Below, piece after piece: positions 19,662 through 29,478 of a DNA stretch of 64,000 nt. Source of the stretch: an uncultured bacterium (lineage in GTDB: Bacteria; Patescibacteriota; Minisyncoccia; Phycocordibacterales; CAIRYW01); assembly GCA_963766885.1 (NCBI GenBank), contig CAVYBO010000001.1, positions 68,352-132,351 of the forward strand. The letters are read 5' to 3'. Position numbers and translations under genes: made by a program. Under the pieces are notes generated by a model. The model had not been told where the DNA came from, ran no database searches, and saw only the letters and a program-made list of their open reading frames with translations. Position 1 is the first letter of the stretch. Each line of letters opens with the position of its first letter.

Positions 19662-20120
19662 ATGTATCTAAATAAAGCTCTAATCATCGGAAACCTTACA
19701 AGAGACCCAGAAATAAAGGCTCTGCCATCCGGCATTCAAGTAGCAAGCTTTTCTGTGGCCACAAACAGAGTTTGGAAAGACAAGGAAGGCAAAAAGCAGG
19801 AGGCTGCTGACTTTCACAATATTGTTGTGTTCGGAAGACAAGCAGAAATTGTCGGGCAGTATCTCAAAAAAGGCGCATCGGTTTTGGTGGAGGGAAGAAT
19901 GCAAACCAGAAGCTGGGATGCTCAGGATGGAAGCAAAAAATACCGCACGGAAATAATTGCAGATAGAATTCAGTTTGGTCCAAAAGCAGGAGCAACTTCT
20001 GGTGGCGGATCGTTTAGTAATCCAAGCACTCCAAAGTCTGCACCTCAAGAAGATGATGCTCCAAGCCAGGACCTCAAATATCCTGATGAAGAAATAAACG
20101 TAGAAGACATTCCGTTCTAA
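19662..20120 (+). CDS. ssb: single-stranded DNA-binding protein
   Basis: OB fold LIIGNLTRDPEIK...FHNIVVFGRQAEI, a Gly-rich linker and the C-terminal acidic tail ending DIPF. Confidence 0.85.
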   Translation: MYLNKALIIGNLTRDPEIKALPSGIQVASFSVATNRVWKDKEGKKQEAADFHNIVVFGRQAEIVGQYLKKGASVLVEGRMQTRSWDAQDGSKKYRTEIIADRIQFGPKAGATSGGGSFSNPSTPKSAPQEDDAPSQDLKYPDEEINVEDIPF

Positions 20121-20144
20121 ATTCAAAAATTAACTAGAAAAATT

Positions 20145-20351
20145 ATGAAAAACACACAATGCTTTTTTAAGCAAAACAATATACATCACATCGATTACAA
20201 AGATACAGAAATTCTAAAGCGCTTTATCAATCCGCACGGCAGAATTCTGGGTAAAAAAAGAAGCGGCATTTCTGCAAAGAATCAGCGCAAGCTTGCAATG
20301 GCAATCAAACGCGCAAGATTTATGGCGCTTTTGCCTTTTGTTGCTAGGTAG
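20145..20351 (+). CDS. rpsR: ribosomal protein S18
   Basis: [50 protein letters not shown]. Confidence 0.85.
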   Translation: MKNTQCFFKQNNIHHIDYKDTEILKRFINPHGRILGKKRSGISAKNQRKLAMAIKRARFMALLPFVAR

Positions 20352-20486
20352 ATATAATTTTTGTAAATCATTTTTAGAGCACGAAAGTTTTTCTTGCTAG
20401 AAAACTTCCTCGCTCTCGCGCCGTCGCGCTCCGAGAGTCTCTAAAAACGTTTTACAAAAATTAATTAAAATTAACTTTAGAAATTT

Positions 20487-21053
20487 ATGTCAATGCTTGA
20501 ATACAACGAAATACTGCTTCGCAAATACATTATTGTTGATGAGGAACCATACGAGGTGATTGATAATCACATCTTTAGAATGCAACAGAGAAAACCTCAA
20601 AACAAAACCAAGCTTCGCAATATGATCAGCGGCCGCGTGATGGAAATGACTTTTCACACCTCTGACAAAGTTGAAGAAGCTGAAATAGAAAAAAAAGAAG
20701 CAAAATATCTCTACAACAACAAAGGCGAGTTCTGGTTCTGTTCCCCAAAAAATCCTTCTGAGAGATATAAAATTTCAGAGCAGACTTTGGGCGAAGGAAT
20801 AAAATTTATCAAACCAAATGAGATTTTATCTCTGCTTATGTTTGGTGATCTGATTATCGGAGTCAAACTGCCAATCAAAGTTGATCTAAAAGTAGTTGAG
20901 GCTCATCCTGCAGTCAAAGGCGACACTGCTAAAGGCGGAAGCAAGGAAGTAAAGTTGGAAACAGGTGCAACAATCTACGTGCCGATGTTCATCAACGAAG
21001 GCGATGTCATCCGCATCAATACAGAAACAGGGGAATACGTAGAAAGAGCGTAA
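20487..21053 (+). CDS. efp: elongation factor P
   Basis: 188 aa with the KOW/OB arrangement. C-terminus VKGDTAKGGSKEVKLETGATIYVPMFINEGDVIRINTETGEYVERA. Confidence 0.8.
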   Translation: MSMLEYNEILLRKYIIVDEEPYEVIDNHIFRMQQRKPQNKTKLRNMISGRVMEMTFHTSDKVEEAEIEKKEAKYLYNNKGEFWFCSPKNPSERYKISEQTLGEGIKFIKPNEILSLLMFGDLIIGVKLPIKVDLKVVEAHPAVKGDTAKGGSKEVKLETGATIYVPMFINEGDVIRINTETGEYVERA

Positions 21054-21251
21054 GTTTCTCTGTGGAAAACTTTTTTCCGAGCTGTGATAATATAATTATA
21101 TGAAATTCACATACGCGTCAATTATTAAGGCCGTTCTCTCAAGTCAGCGCTTGAGGTCTTAATTCTTGTGTGTAGCATCTAGACAAAAGAATCAAGCCCT
21201 CAAGCAAGACGGCTTTTTTGTTCTTTTAACCACACAACCAAATACTAAATA

Positions 21252-21431
21252 TGGAAGCAAACAACGAATTCCTGCGCCAGTGCGTCAGGACAAATGAGCC
21301 TGTTCAAGAAGAGCTGGAACAGCAGCAACAGCAACAAGAACACCTCGGGACGGCAATATGTGTTGATATGCTCTGGGGAATCCCAGTTGGCGAAGGTGGC
21401 GTATCAATGCTGCCTTTCCCTGACGAATAAA
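21252..21431 (+). CDS. possible 59-aa ORF (Gln-run protein) in a GC-rich spacer
   Basis: ATG...TAA ORF encoding MEANNEFLRQCVRTNEPVQEELEQQQQQQEHLG..., followed by a hairpin terminator GCCGATCAAATGATCGGC plus T-run at about 21455-21490. It falls below the ORF-track cutoff. Confidence 0.2.
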
Positions 21432-21563
21432 TGTCAAAAGTTGTGGTGTCACAAAAAAGCCGATCAAATGATCGGCAATTTTTATTTTCCTAATTTATGA
21501 CTAACTTTTAATCCTCTTTATTCTAATTCCTTGAGTATCTCTTTTGCATCCTCTAGCAATTTA

Positions 21564-21770
21564 TCATTGTATTTTTTTTTGCTCTTCACTCGCAGTATCA
21601 TCATTTTCTGATGTCATAGTAATAAGTCTTTTTAGTTTTTCTCTCCTACGATCTTTTTCTGCTTTATCAATTTGGGACTCATCGCCTTTGGGATATCCAG
21701 CAACCATAGATATTAGTTCTGTTCGTGCTCCCTCAATTTCCGACATTTCATAATTATTTTGATCAATCAT
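21564..21770 (-). CDS. hypothetical acidic small protein downstream of recA
   Basis: 68-aa ORF co-directional with recA. No motif recognised. Confidence 0.25.
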   Translation of the reverse strand: MIDQNNYEMSEIEGARTELISMVAGYPKGDESQIDKAEKDRRREKLKRLITMTSENDDTASEEQKKIQ

Positions 21771-21794
21771 ATTTTTACTTTAATTATAATGTTT

Positions 21795-22902
21795 TTATTC
21801 CTCAGGCTTTTCGTCTTCGATTTCGGCAGGAGTTGGTTTGGCACTAAATCCTCCATCTTTCATAAATTTGCGGATCTTGCCCAATAGTTCATCTGCAATT
21901 TTTTTGTTGTCTCTAAGAAACTGGCGAGTAGCGTCATATCCTCGGCCTAAAATCAGATCATTATATTTGTATGAGTTGCCGCTTTTTTGCAGAAGTCCCA
22001 TCTTTTCTCCTAGTGCCATAATTTCTCCTTCGCGCGAAATGCCTTCGTTGTACATTAGGTCAAATTCTGTTTGCTTGAAAGGCGCAGCTACTTTGTTTTT
22101 GACAACCTTCACTCTTACACGGCCGCCCATTATTTCATCTCCTTTTTTGATTTGTGCGATTCTGCGAATATCCAAGCGCACGGAAGTGTAGAACTTAAGT
22201 GCTTTTCCGCCAGGAGTTGTTTCTGGATTACCAAACATCACGCCAATTTGCATTCTGATTTGATTTATAAAAATAACAATTGTTTTGGAGTGGGCAACAA
22301 TAGCTGTCAGTTTTCGCAAAGCCTGAGACATAAGGCGGGCTTGTTTGCCCACATGGTACGCTCCCATATCGCCTTCAATTTCATCTTTTGGAGTAAGTGC
22401 TGCTACTGAGTCAATAACAATGACATCTATTTTTCCGCTTCGAACAAGTGACTCCACAATTTCAAGTGCTTGTTCTCCTGTGTCTGGCTGAGAAATCAAA
22501 AGCTCATCAAGTTTGACTCCGAGACTGTCCTGCATACTGAGGATCCATTGCGTGCTCTGCGTCAATAAAAGCGCAGATGCCACCGAGCTTTTGAGCTTCG
22601 GCAATTACGTGGAGCGACAGGGTTGTTTTGCCGGAAGATTCCGGGCCAAAAATTTCTATGATTCTGCCGCGGGGAAGTCCGCCGACGCCAAGCGCTTCAT
22701 CGAGGCCGATTGATCCTGTGGAAATTGCGTTTACATCAACTCGTGGCTTCTCGCCAAGCTTCATTATGGCGTCATCGCCGAATTTTGTTTTGATTGCTTT
22801 GATGGTGTCTTCAATTCCAGATTTTCTGACATCTTTGGCGCTGATTTTTTCGGTTGCTTTTTCTCCTGCTTTGCTTTCTGTTTTTATTTTTTTCTTTTGC
22901 AT
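21795..22902 (-). CDS. recA: RecA recombinase, split into two ORFs by an apparent +1 frameshift near 22545
   Basis: The N-terminal ORF ends ...[21 protein letters not shown]. The downstream ORF continues ...[23 protein letters not shown] in the +1 frame. Removing one G in tatgcaGGacag restores [16 protein letters not shown], which matches the RecA consensus DPxYAxxLGV. Confidence 0.85.
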
Positions 22903-22925
22903 ATTGATTTTCTTTTTTCTATTAA

Positions 22926-23369
22926 TTATTTTTTCGTTGTAGTTGATGTTGTGCTTGAAACCGCATTCGTAGTAGTTGCCAGTGTGGAGCTGGCTACAAG
23001 TTCAGTCGTTGAAGCTGTCTGCGCCTGTACCAAATCCAAATGAAGCACTTTTGTGATTTCCTTTCCATACCGATCTTTAGCTGTTAATGTAATTATATTA
23101 TAGCCTGGTTGGAGCACAAAATCCTCCTCGAAATTGCCATTTTGATCGGTAAATATCTGTCTGCCATCCAGAGTGATAAACGATATGTTTTTGGCTGTGC
23201 CTATAACCTTTATAGCGCCGTTTTGGTAGAAAGTTTCTTCGTCTTGTGGCTCAGAAATGCTAATACGAGGCCCGTAAATGATTTTTTGGGCTTCAAATCC
23301 AGTGTAAATAATAAATGAAATCAAAAACAATACTCCAAACAAGATCGTTAATTTTTTCTGGACGTTCAT
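22926..23369 (-). CDS. hypothetical signal-anchored protein with an S/T-rich C-terminus
   Basis: N-terminal hydrophobic segment [19 protein letters not shown]. 147 aa, lying between ftsK and recA. Confidence 0.4.
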   Translation of the reverse strand: MNVQKKLTILFGVLFLISFIIYTGFEAQKIIYGPRISISEPQDEETFYQNGAIKVIGTAKNISFITLDGRQIFTDQNGNFEEDFVLQPGYNIITLTAKDRYGKEITKVLHLDLVQAQTASTTELVASSTLATTTNAVSSTTSTTTKK

Positions 23370-23378
23370 AGATTCTTT

Positions 23379-25559
23379 TTACTCGGCTATCTCTGGAGCT
23401 TCGCCTGCGCTTATGATTTCTCTTGGTCTCGCTCCGTCCCCTGGGCCGATTATCCCTCTTTCTTCAAGCAGGTCCATAAGGCGGGCAGCTCTGGCGTATC
23501 CAACACGCAGCTTTCTTTGAATGTATGAAGTAGAGGCCTTTTTGGCTTCCAAAACAATCATCTTGGCTTCTTCGTACAATTCATCATCGTCTTCATCTGA
23601 GTGTATTGAATTGTCAAAAATCGGATTGCTGCCGTCATTACCATCCTCGGCTTTATGGTTTGGATTAAGCTCAACCTGTTCAGGCAGTTCGTCTTTGAAT
23701 GAATCAAGCAGATACTTGACTACTTTTTTGACTTCATTTTCTGATATGTAGGGCGATTGGATTCTGGCTGGATCCTGCCTGTCTTGAGTAACAAAAAGCA
23801 TATCTCCTTGGCCAACAAGTTTTTCTGCCCCGGCCTTATCAATAATTGTACGTGAATCAATTTGCGAGCCAACCTTTAGTGCAATGCGTGTTGGAATGTT
23901 TGCTTTGATAAGGCCTGTGATGACATTTACAGAAGGTCTTTGAGTTGAAAGTATCAAGTGTATGCCAACTGCTCTCGACATTTGGGCCAAACGAACAATA
24001 GCTGCTTCAAGTTCTCTTGGATATGCCTGCATTAAATCGGCAAGCTCGTCTATGACTATTAGAAGATAGGGCATTGTCTCAGGTATAGTGCTTTGGTCGC
24101 TAGTTTTTTTTGCTGTTAGCGCGGGCAATAGAATATTTTTGTGGTATGAGCCAATGTCTCGCACAGACTCTTTTTCCAAAACATCGTATCTTCTGTCCAT
24201 TTCTCTGGCCGCCCATTTGAGCGCAAGGATGGTCTTTTTGGCTTCAGTAATTACAGGTGTCAGAAGATGTGGAATTTTATTATATAGAGTCAGTTCAACT
24301 CTTTTGGCATCTACCATAATAAACTTGAGCATATCAGGGGAGTTGCGATAAAGCAGGGAATTGAGGATAGAGTGAACTGTTACAGATTTTCCGCTTCCTG
24401 TAGTTCCAGCAATCAAAAGGTGGGGCATCTTGGCTAAATCGTAAAACACCGGCTTACCTGCAACATCTTTGCCAATTGAAACAAGCAAAGGTTTGTCTGA
24501 TTCCTGAAATTCTTTTGAGCCAAGCATTGATCCAAGTCCTACAACTGTCTTTGAAGTATTTGGTACTTCAATACCTACAAGTGATTTGCCCGGTATCGGC
24601 GCCTCAATTCTTATAGTCTCTGCAGCCAAAGCAAGGGCAAGATTGTCCTGAAGGCCAACAATTTTAGAAAGCTTTACTCCTTCAGCGGGCTTTAATGTGT
24701 ATCTTGTCACAGTAGGCCCTATTGTAATCTCATCCATTTCCACATCAATGCCAAAATTCTGGAGCGTTCTTTTAATGATGTTCGCGTTTGCTTTGATGTC
24801 GCCGACTCCAGGTTTTCCTGAATCTGTTTCAAGTAAAGAAAGCGGCGGAGGTGTGTAAGCGCGGTTTCTGATTATAATAGCCGCGCTGAAAAGTTCCTCA
24901 TCATCAGTTTTTGACTTTTTGACTTTTGGTGGATCTTTAGGATCTATCTTTTCAGTTTTGATTTCTTCCGGCATTTTGATCTTTGACTCATCAATATTTT
25001 CATCAGCTGGCTTATCTTTTTTGCGAAGTAATTTTTGCCAAAAGAGTAGAGCGTCACTTTGGAGGTGTGTGTCAAAGATTACCAAAACGGAAATCAAAAC
25101 AAATGCCAAAAGGATAACATTTGATGAAAAGCTTCCTAGAAGTGCAAGCATTGGCTTTGATAGCAAGCCTCCGATTTTGCCGCCTTTGCCTTCAAACCAT
25201 TCATCAAGGAGTGTTAATGCGGATATGAAGCAGAGAAGTCCAGCGCCAAGTTTGTATAGAGAAATTTTTTTTTCAAAATCTTTTATAAATGCGAAGCCAA
25301 GTAGTAGAAGCATTAAAGGAATTAAATAGTACCCAAAGCCGAATAAATATGAAAAGCCATTAAACAGTTTGTCTCCCAAGAAGCCTGATTTTCCGAAAGC
25401 CCCCATCAAGAAAACAAAAGCAAGAACAAATAGAAGTATTGCAATTATGCTCTGGAATGTTTCGTCTTTTAAGTTACCCTTTTTTGTTTTTTTGCTCTCT
25501 TCCCAATTCCTATCTTTTCTTTCCTTGTGATTGTTTTTTTTCTGATCTTTTTCTGACAT
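23379..25559 (-). CDS. ftsK: DNA translocase FtsK/SpoIIIE
   Basis: N-terminal TM helices, Walker A GTTGSGKSV, ILSTQRPSVNVITGLIKANIPTRIALKV, and a C-terminal gamma wHTH domain. 726 aa. Confidence 0.85.
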   Translation of the reverse strand: MSEKDQKKNNHKERKDRNWEESKKTKKGNLKDETFQSIIAILLFVLAFVFLMGAFGKSGFLGDKLFNGFSYLFGFGYYLIPLMLLLLGFAFIKDFEKKISLYKLGAGLLCFISALTLLDEWFEGKGGKIGGLLSKPMLALLGSFSSNVILLAFVLISVLVIFDTHLQSDALLFWQKLLRKKDKPADENIDESKIKMPEEIKTEKIDPKDPPKVKKSKTDDEELFSAAIIIRNRAYTPPPLSLLETDSGKPGVGDIKANANIIKRTLQNFGIDVEMDEITIGPTVTRYTLKPAEGVKLSKIVGLQDNLALALAAETIRIEAPIPGKSLVGIEVPNTSKTVVGLGSMLGSKEFQESDKPLLVSIGKDVAGKPVFYDLAKMPHLLIAGTTGSGKSVTVHSILNSLLYRNSPDMLKFIMVDAKRVELTLYNKIPHLLTPVITEAKKTILALKWAAREMDRRYDVLEKESVRDIGSYHKNILLPALTAKKTSDQSTIPETMPYLLIVIDELADLMQAYPRELEAAIVRLAQMSRAVGIHLILSTQRPSVNVITGLIKANIPTRIALKVGSQIDSRTIIDKAGAEKLVGQGDMLFVTQDRQDPARIQSPYISENEVKKVVKYLLDSFKDELPEQVELNPNHKAEDGNDGSNPIFDNSIHSDEDDDELYEEAKMIVLEAKKASTSYIQRKLRVGYARAARLMDLLEERGIIGPGDGARPREIISAGEAPEIAE

Positions 25560-25714
25560 TTTTTGTTGAATGAAAATATATTTTTATACTTAAATAATAA
25601 CATAAAGCCGAAAATCTCCTGATTTTGCTTATTGACTTTTACATTGTCTTTTATATTATTAGCAATGTCTCTAACATCTCCAGAAATTTTTAAAAGACCA
25701 AAAAAGACAAAAAC

Positions 25715-26476
25715 ATGGAAGAAAAAGGACAAACCAACAAAGTAGACGAGATGTCTCTAAAGGCTGTCTTTTTAAGTAACCATAAGAGCCAATATATTTT
25801 CAAAAAGACAAAGAAGATTGCAAACGCTTCGTACCTCCTGACCGATCATATAAAAGACACGGAACCTATAAAATGGGCAATCAGAAAAAACGCATCTGAT
25901 ATATTGTGCGCGGAGATGTCTTTTATAGAATCAACAAGGACAAAGCTTTTTCCAGTAATCTTAAATTTAAGAAGTTTTTTCGAAACCGCATTTGTAGCAA
26001 GGCTGGTGTCACAATCTAATGCTCAAATTATGATGTCCCAACTGGATATCCTGCTAGAGGAAATCAACAACTTAGGCATGTCTGAAAGCGCAGAGCAATT
26101 AGTTACAGATAGTTTTTTTGCTGTTGAAAAGTTGGTTTTACCGTCAAGAGAGAACGTATCCGAATCCCTACTAAGAGACAAAGTTTTTGTCCCAAAGAAT
26201 GAAGGAGTTTCTTATAAAGGACAGAGTAACAATAAAGGACAAGAAGTCTATAAAAGACATAATGTCTTAGAGACAGAAGATTTTGATAAAAGACAGAGAA
26301 GGGAGAATATATTGGCTATAATAAAGCAAAATAAAGAGGTTATGATAAAAGACATTAGCGCCAAGATCAAAAACTGCAGTGAAAAAACTATACAAAGAGA
26401 GCTTAATTCCATGCTTGCTTTGCATCTTATCAAAAAGACAGGAGAAAGAAGGTGGAGTAGATATTCACTAGTTTAA
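25715..26476 (+). CDS. hypothetical protein with a C-terminal DeoR-like winged HTH
   Basis: The C-terminus ENILAIIKQNKEVMIKDISAKIKNCSEKTIQRELNSMLALHLIKKTGERRWSRY resembles an HTH. A TTGACT...TATTAT promoter-like pair lies upstream. Confidence 0.4.
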   Translation: MEEKGQTNKVDEMSLKAVFLSNHKSQYIFKKTKKIANASYLLTDHIKDTEPIKWAIRKNASDILCAEMSFIESTRTKLFPVILNLRSFFETAFVARLVSQSNAQIMMSQLDILLEEINNLGMSESAEQLVTDSFFAVEKLVLPSRENVSESLLRDKVFVPKNEGVSYKGQSNNKGQEVYKRHNVLETEDFDKRQRRENILAIIKQNKEVMIKDISAKIKNCSEKTIQRELNSMLALHLIKKTGERRWSRYSLV

Positions 26477-27090
26477 ACGTCTACAATAATAGAACCCTTG
26501 AACCGTACTTAATCGTATGTATTACCAGCACTGAGTTAGCTTCTATTCGTTTGACTCTTTGCTATTAATTGTGTAATATATTGTTGTGGGTAAAGCTGTT
26601 TTTGGCAGTTTTCCACATGTTTGAGGTTGCGTAAGGTATAGGAAAAATAATATAATTTTCCTTACAGGAGAAACCCAGTAGAAATTTTTGGTTTCTTTTG
26701 TTCCCGTAAGACAGATAACGGACGCTAAAAATAGAGAGAACTTTGATAATAAAATAAGCCAGAATTCTTGAATTTCAACAATGATTGAAAAGGCCGAAAA
26801 TCAGTCCAAATTATGTCAACTAACTTGCTCTTATCAGTCGAAACAATAAGAGTGAGATAGTTTAAATGTTAGTTTCAATAGTGTTCTGCGTTTTTGGCGA
26901 CAAAAATTCGGAGCGCTTGAAATGTGAAAATTTTGTCGGGAAAACCTGATAGATTTTTCACACCCGGCGTTGATAAAAAATTGTCGATTCAAATTTTTTT
27001 TGATGCCGTTATCAAAAAGCAAAGATTAATTTCCACATTAATAATTTTTTAAAAGTTAATGGAAAAGTAATCTAGTTAATTAATTAATTT

Positions 27091-29193
27091 ATGAAAATCA
27101 AAAAGACAATCGCAGGAGTCTTGGGTTTTGCAATTGCACTCAGCCTTGTAGTTGTAGCAACATCTACAGCTAGCGCTGACTCAGTTAGCACAATCCAGTC
27201 TCAAATCGCATCTCTTCAGGCAGAACTCGCTTCTCTTGGAGGCACAACAATGACCACTACAACTACTGGTTCATACACCTTCTCTACAGACCTAACAATA
27301 GGTTCTTCAGGAGCTGATGTAACAGCGTTGCAGACATGGTTGATCGCAAAGGGATATTCAATCCCAGCAGGAGCAACTGGATACTTCGGTGCCCAGACTC
27401 AGGCAGCAGTTGCAGCTTATCAGACAGCTAAAGGCATCAGTCCTGCAGCAGGATACTTTGGTCCAATCACCAGAGCAGCTGTAATGGCAGATGAATCAAG
27501 CTCAAGCACTACAACTACAACTACTACAACAGTTCCAGGTTGCGCAGTTGGCGCTATGTACAGCTCTACATCAGGAGCACCTTGCACAACAATGTCAGCA
27601 ATGCCAGCAGGTTGTGTAGCAGGAGCTATGTTTAGCTCAACAACAGGCGCAGCTTGCACAACTTCTTCAACAGGAGTTTCAACAGGAACAGTAACACCTT
27701 CAACTCAGGAAGGTATCCTTACTGCAACACAAGGTCCAATCTCAAACTCAGTTTTGACTGCGGGAGAGCTTAAGGCTCCTATCTTGAACGTAAAACTTCA
27801 GGAACAGGATTCTGACATTGCTATCAAGAGAATTCAGCTTGATCTAGGTCAGAACAGCGCTATCTACAATCAGATCTTCCAGACTTTGTACGTTCTTGAT
27901 CCATCAGGAAATGTTCTTGCAACAGTTCCTATGAACTCAACAAACGTTACACAGAGTGGAAATGATTACATTCTCAACATAACTATTCCAAATTATGTTG
28001 TAAAAGCTGGCACAACAGTTAACCTTACAATCGCAGCTGACCTTTACAACTCGATTCTTCCACAATTCTACCAAGGCATTAGCTACCCAATCTTCATCCC
28101 AACTCTTGGTATTAGAGGAACTGACGGAACAGGAACAGACCAGTACTCATCAAGTCAGGTCAACGCTCCTACATTCACAATCAACCAAAGTTTGGTTAAC
28201 ACAGCTTACGCAAACATCTCTCTTGACGGATCTACACCACAAGCAAACTCAGTTCCAGTTACTGACACAACAAATGGTCAGTACCTAGGACTCCCTGTCA
28301 TGGTGTTTGATGTTAACGCTCAAAACGATGCTATCCACATACACAGCTTGACAGTTGGTGTTACTGCAGTTCAAAACGGTTCAACAGGAACTGTAACAGC
28401 AGCTTACCTATACCAAGGTTCAACAGAAGTGGCTTCAGCCTCTGTAGTTAATGGTCTTGCTACATTCAGCAACATCACTGACGGTACAGCTGGAGCTACA
28501 ACTCCTGCAAACACAACTCAGCCTTACACGGTTAAAGTTGATGTATCAGGTGTAACAACTGGAAGCATCGCAATTACAGCTTCAACAACAGCTTATGGTC
28601 AGGCGGGAACTTCAAACATTCTCTACAATTCACAGGATGGAACTATTACTGAGATTAACGGTGTAGCAACTGGTAACACTCAGACAGTTCTTGGATTCGG
28701 TCCAGCATTCAGCATTGTAAATGCTACTGGTAGTGATACTGGTCAGGCTACTAACGCAACAAACGGTACTTCTACCGCTGTGGCTACATTCGGTGTTAAT
28801 ATGCAGGCAGTTGGAGAAAACGTATTGTTTGGAACAGAAGCTTCTTCAAGCCCACTATTCAGTTACAAGATTACTGATCTAAACGGTGGTAACGATACAG
28901 CAGCATTCTCAATCGTTTCTTCAGGATTCAGTGTTCCTACAGGATCAACATTCACAACTAATAATCTTCCTGCAAACACTTTCGAGCTTCCAATCTCACA
29001 AAGTGGAACACTTAGTGGTAATAGTGCGTTCACTATTTCCTTCAAGCCTACACAGACAGCACAGCTTGGTGGTCAATATGCAGTTCAAATCACTGCTCTT
29101 AACTACAGCAATGCTTCTGGCGTCGCGCAGCCTGCTCTAACTTATCCGGCTAACCAGAGTACTTGGAGAACTAATTTCTTCGTGATTCCGTAA
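27091..29193 (+). CDS. secreted cell-surface protein: signal peptide, peptidoglycan-binding (PG_binding_1-like) domain, duplicated Cys motif and a long S/T/G-rich beta region
   Basis: Signal peptide MKIKKTIAGVLGFAIALSLVVVATSTASA. PG-binding domain LTIGSSGADVTALQTWLIAKGYSIPAGATGYFGAQTQAAVAAYQ. The Cys motif CAVGAMYSSTSGAPCTT / CVAGAMFSSTTGAACTT occurs twice. The remaining ~500 aa are T/S/A/G/N/V-rich. Confidence 0.6.
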   Translation: MKIKKTIAGVLGFAIALSLVVVATSTASADSVSTIQSQIASLQAELASLGGTTMTTTTTGSYTFSTDLTIGSSGADVTALQTWLIAKGYSIPAGATGYFGAQTQAAVAAYQTAKGISPAAGYFGPITRAAVMADESSSSTTTTTTTTVPGCAVGAMYSSTSGAPCTTMSAMPAGCVAGAMFSSTTGAACTTSSTGVSTGTVTPSTQEGILTATQGPISNSVLTAGELKAPILNVKLQEQDSDIAIKRIQLDLGQNSAIYNQIFQTLYVLDPSGNVLATVPMNSTNVTQSGNDYILNITIPNYVVKAGTTVNLTIAADLYNSILPQFYQGISYPIFIPTLGIRGTDGTGTDQYSSSQVNAPTFTINQSLVNTAYANISLDGSTPQANSVPVTDTTNGQYLGLPVMVFDVNAQNDAIHIHSLTVGVTAVQNGSTGTVTAAYLYQGSTEVASASVVNGLATFSNITDGTAGATTPANTTQPYTVKVDVSGVTTGSIAITASTTAYGQAGTSNILYNSQDGTITEINGVATGNTQTVLGFGPAFSIVNATGSDTGQATNATNGTSTAVATFGVNMQAVGENVLFGTEASSSPLFSYKITDLNGGNDTAAFSIVSSGFSVPTGSTFTTNNLPANTFELPISQSGTLSGNSAFTISFKPTQTAQLGGQYAVQITALNYSNASGVAQPALTYPANQSTWRTNFFVIP

Positions 29194-29249
29194 TCTACTA
29201 GCACTTGTGTTTCTTGCTTTAGCTTCGGCTAAGGCAAGCAAGCTAGACA

Positions 29250-29285
29250 AAACCCCTCGCGAAAGCGAGGGGTTTTGTGTTTATG
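29250..29285 (+). terminator. rho-independent terminator
   Basis: AAAACCCCTCGCGAAAGCGAGGGGTTTTGTGTTT, preceded by a second UUCG-loop hairpin CTTGCTTTAGCTTCGGCTAAGGCAAGCAAG. Confidence 0.6.
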
Positions 29286-29478
29286 CTCTAACGCCTAGGA
29301 AAAAGTTATCCACAGTTTCATCTTGAAATTTATTTTATTTTTTGTAAAATTTTATTTGTAAGATTTTGGCCAGGATCGGGAAAGACACCAAGAAAAGACT
29401 TCTCTTGGCAGATCGGAACGAGGGAAGTCTTTTCTTGGTGTGTTGGAATTTTGGTTTTTTATAAATTAAGATCGGAAA

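Noticed and set aside
20352-20486. T-box, riboswitch or other known leader upstream of efp and ileS
   Set aside because: The leaders are too short (under 140 nt) and lack the specifier or T-box consensus. The efp-upstream structure is better explained as a GC-rich repeat element.
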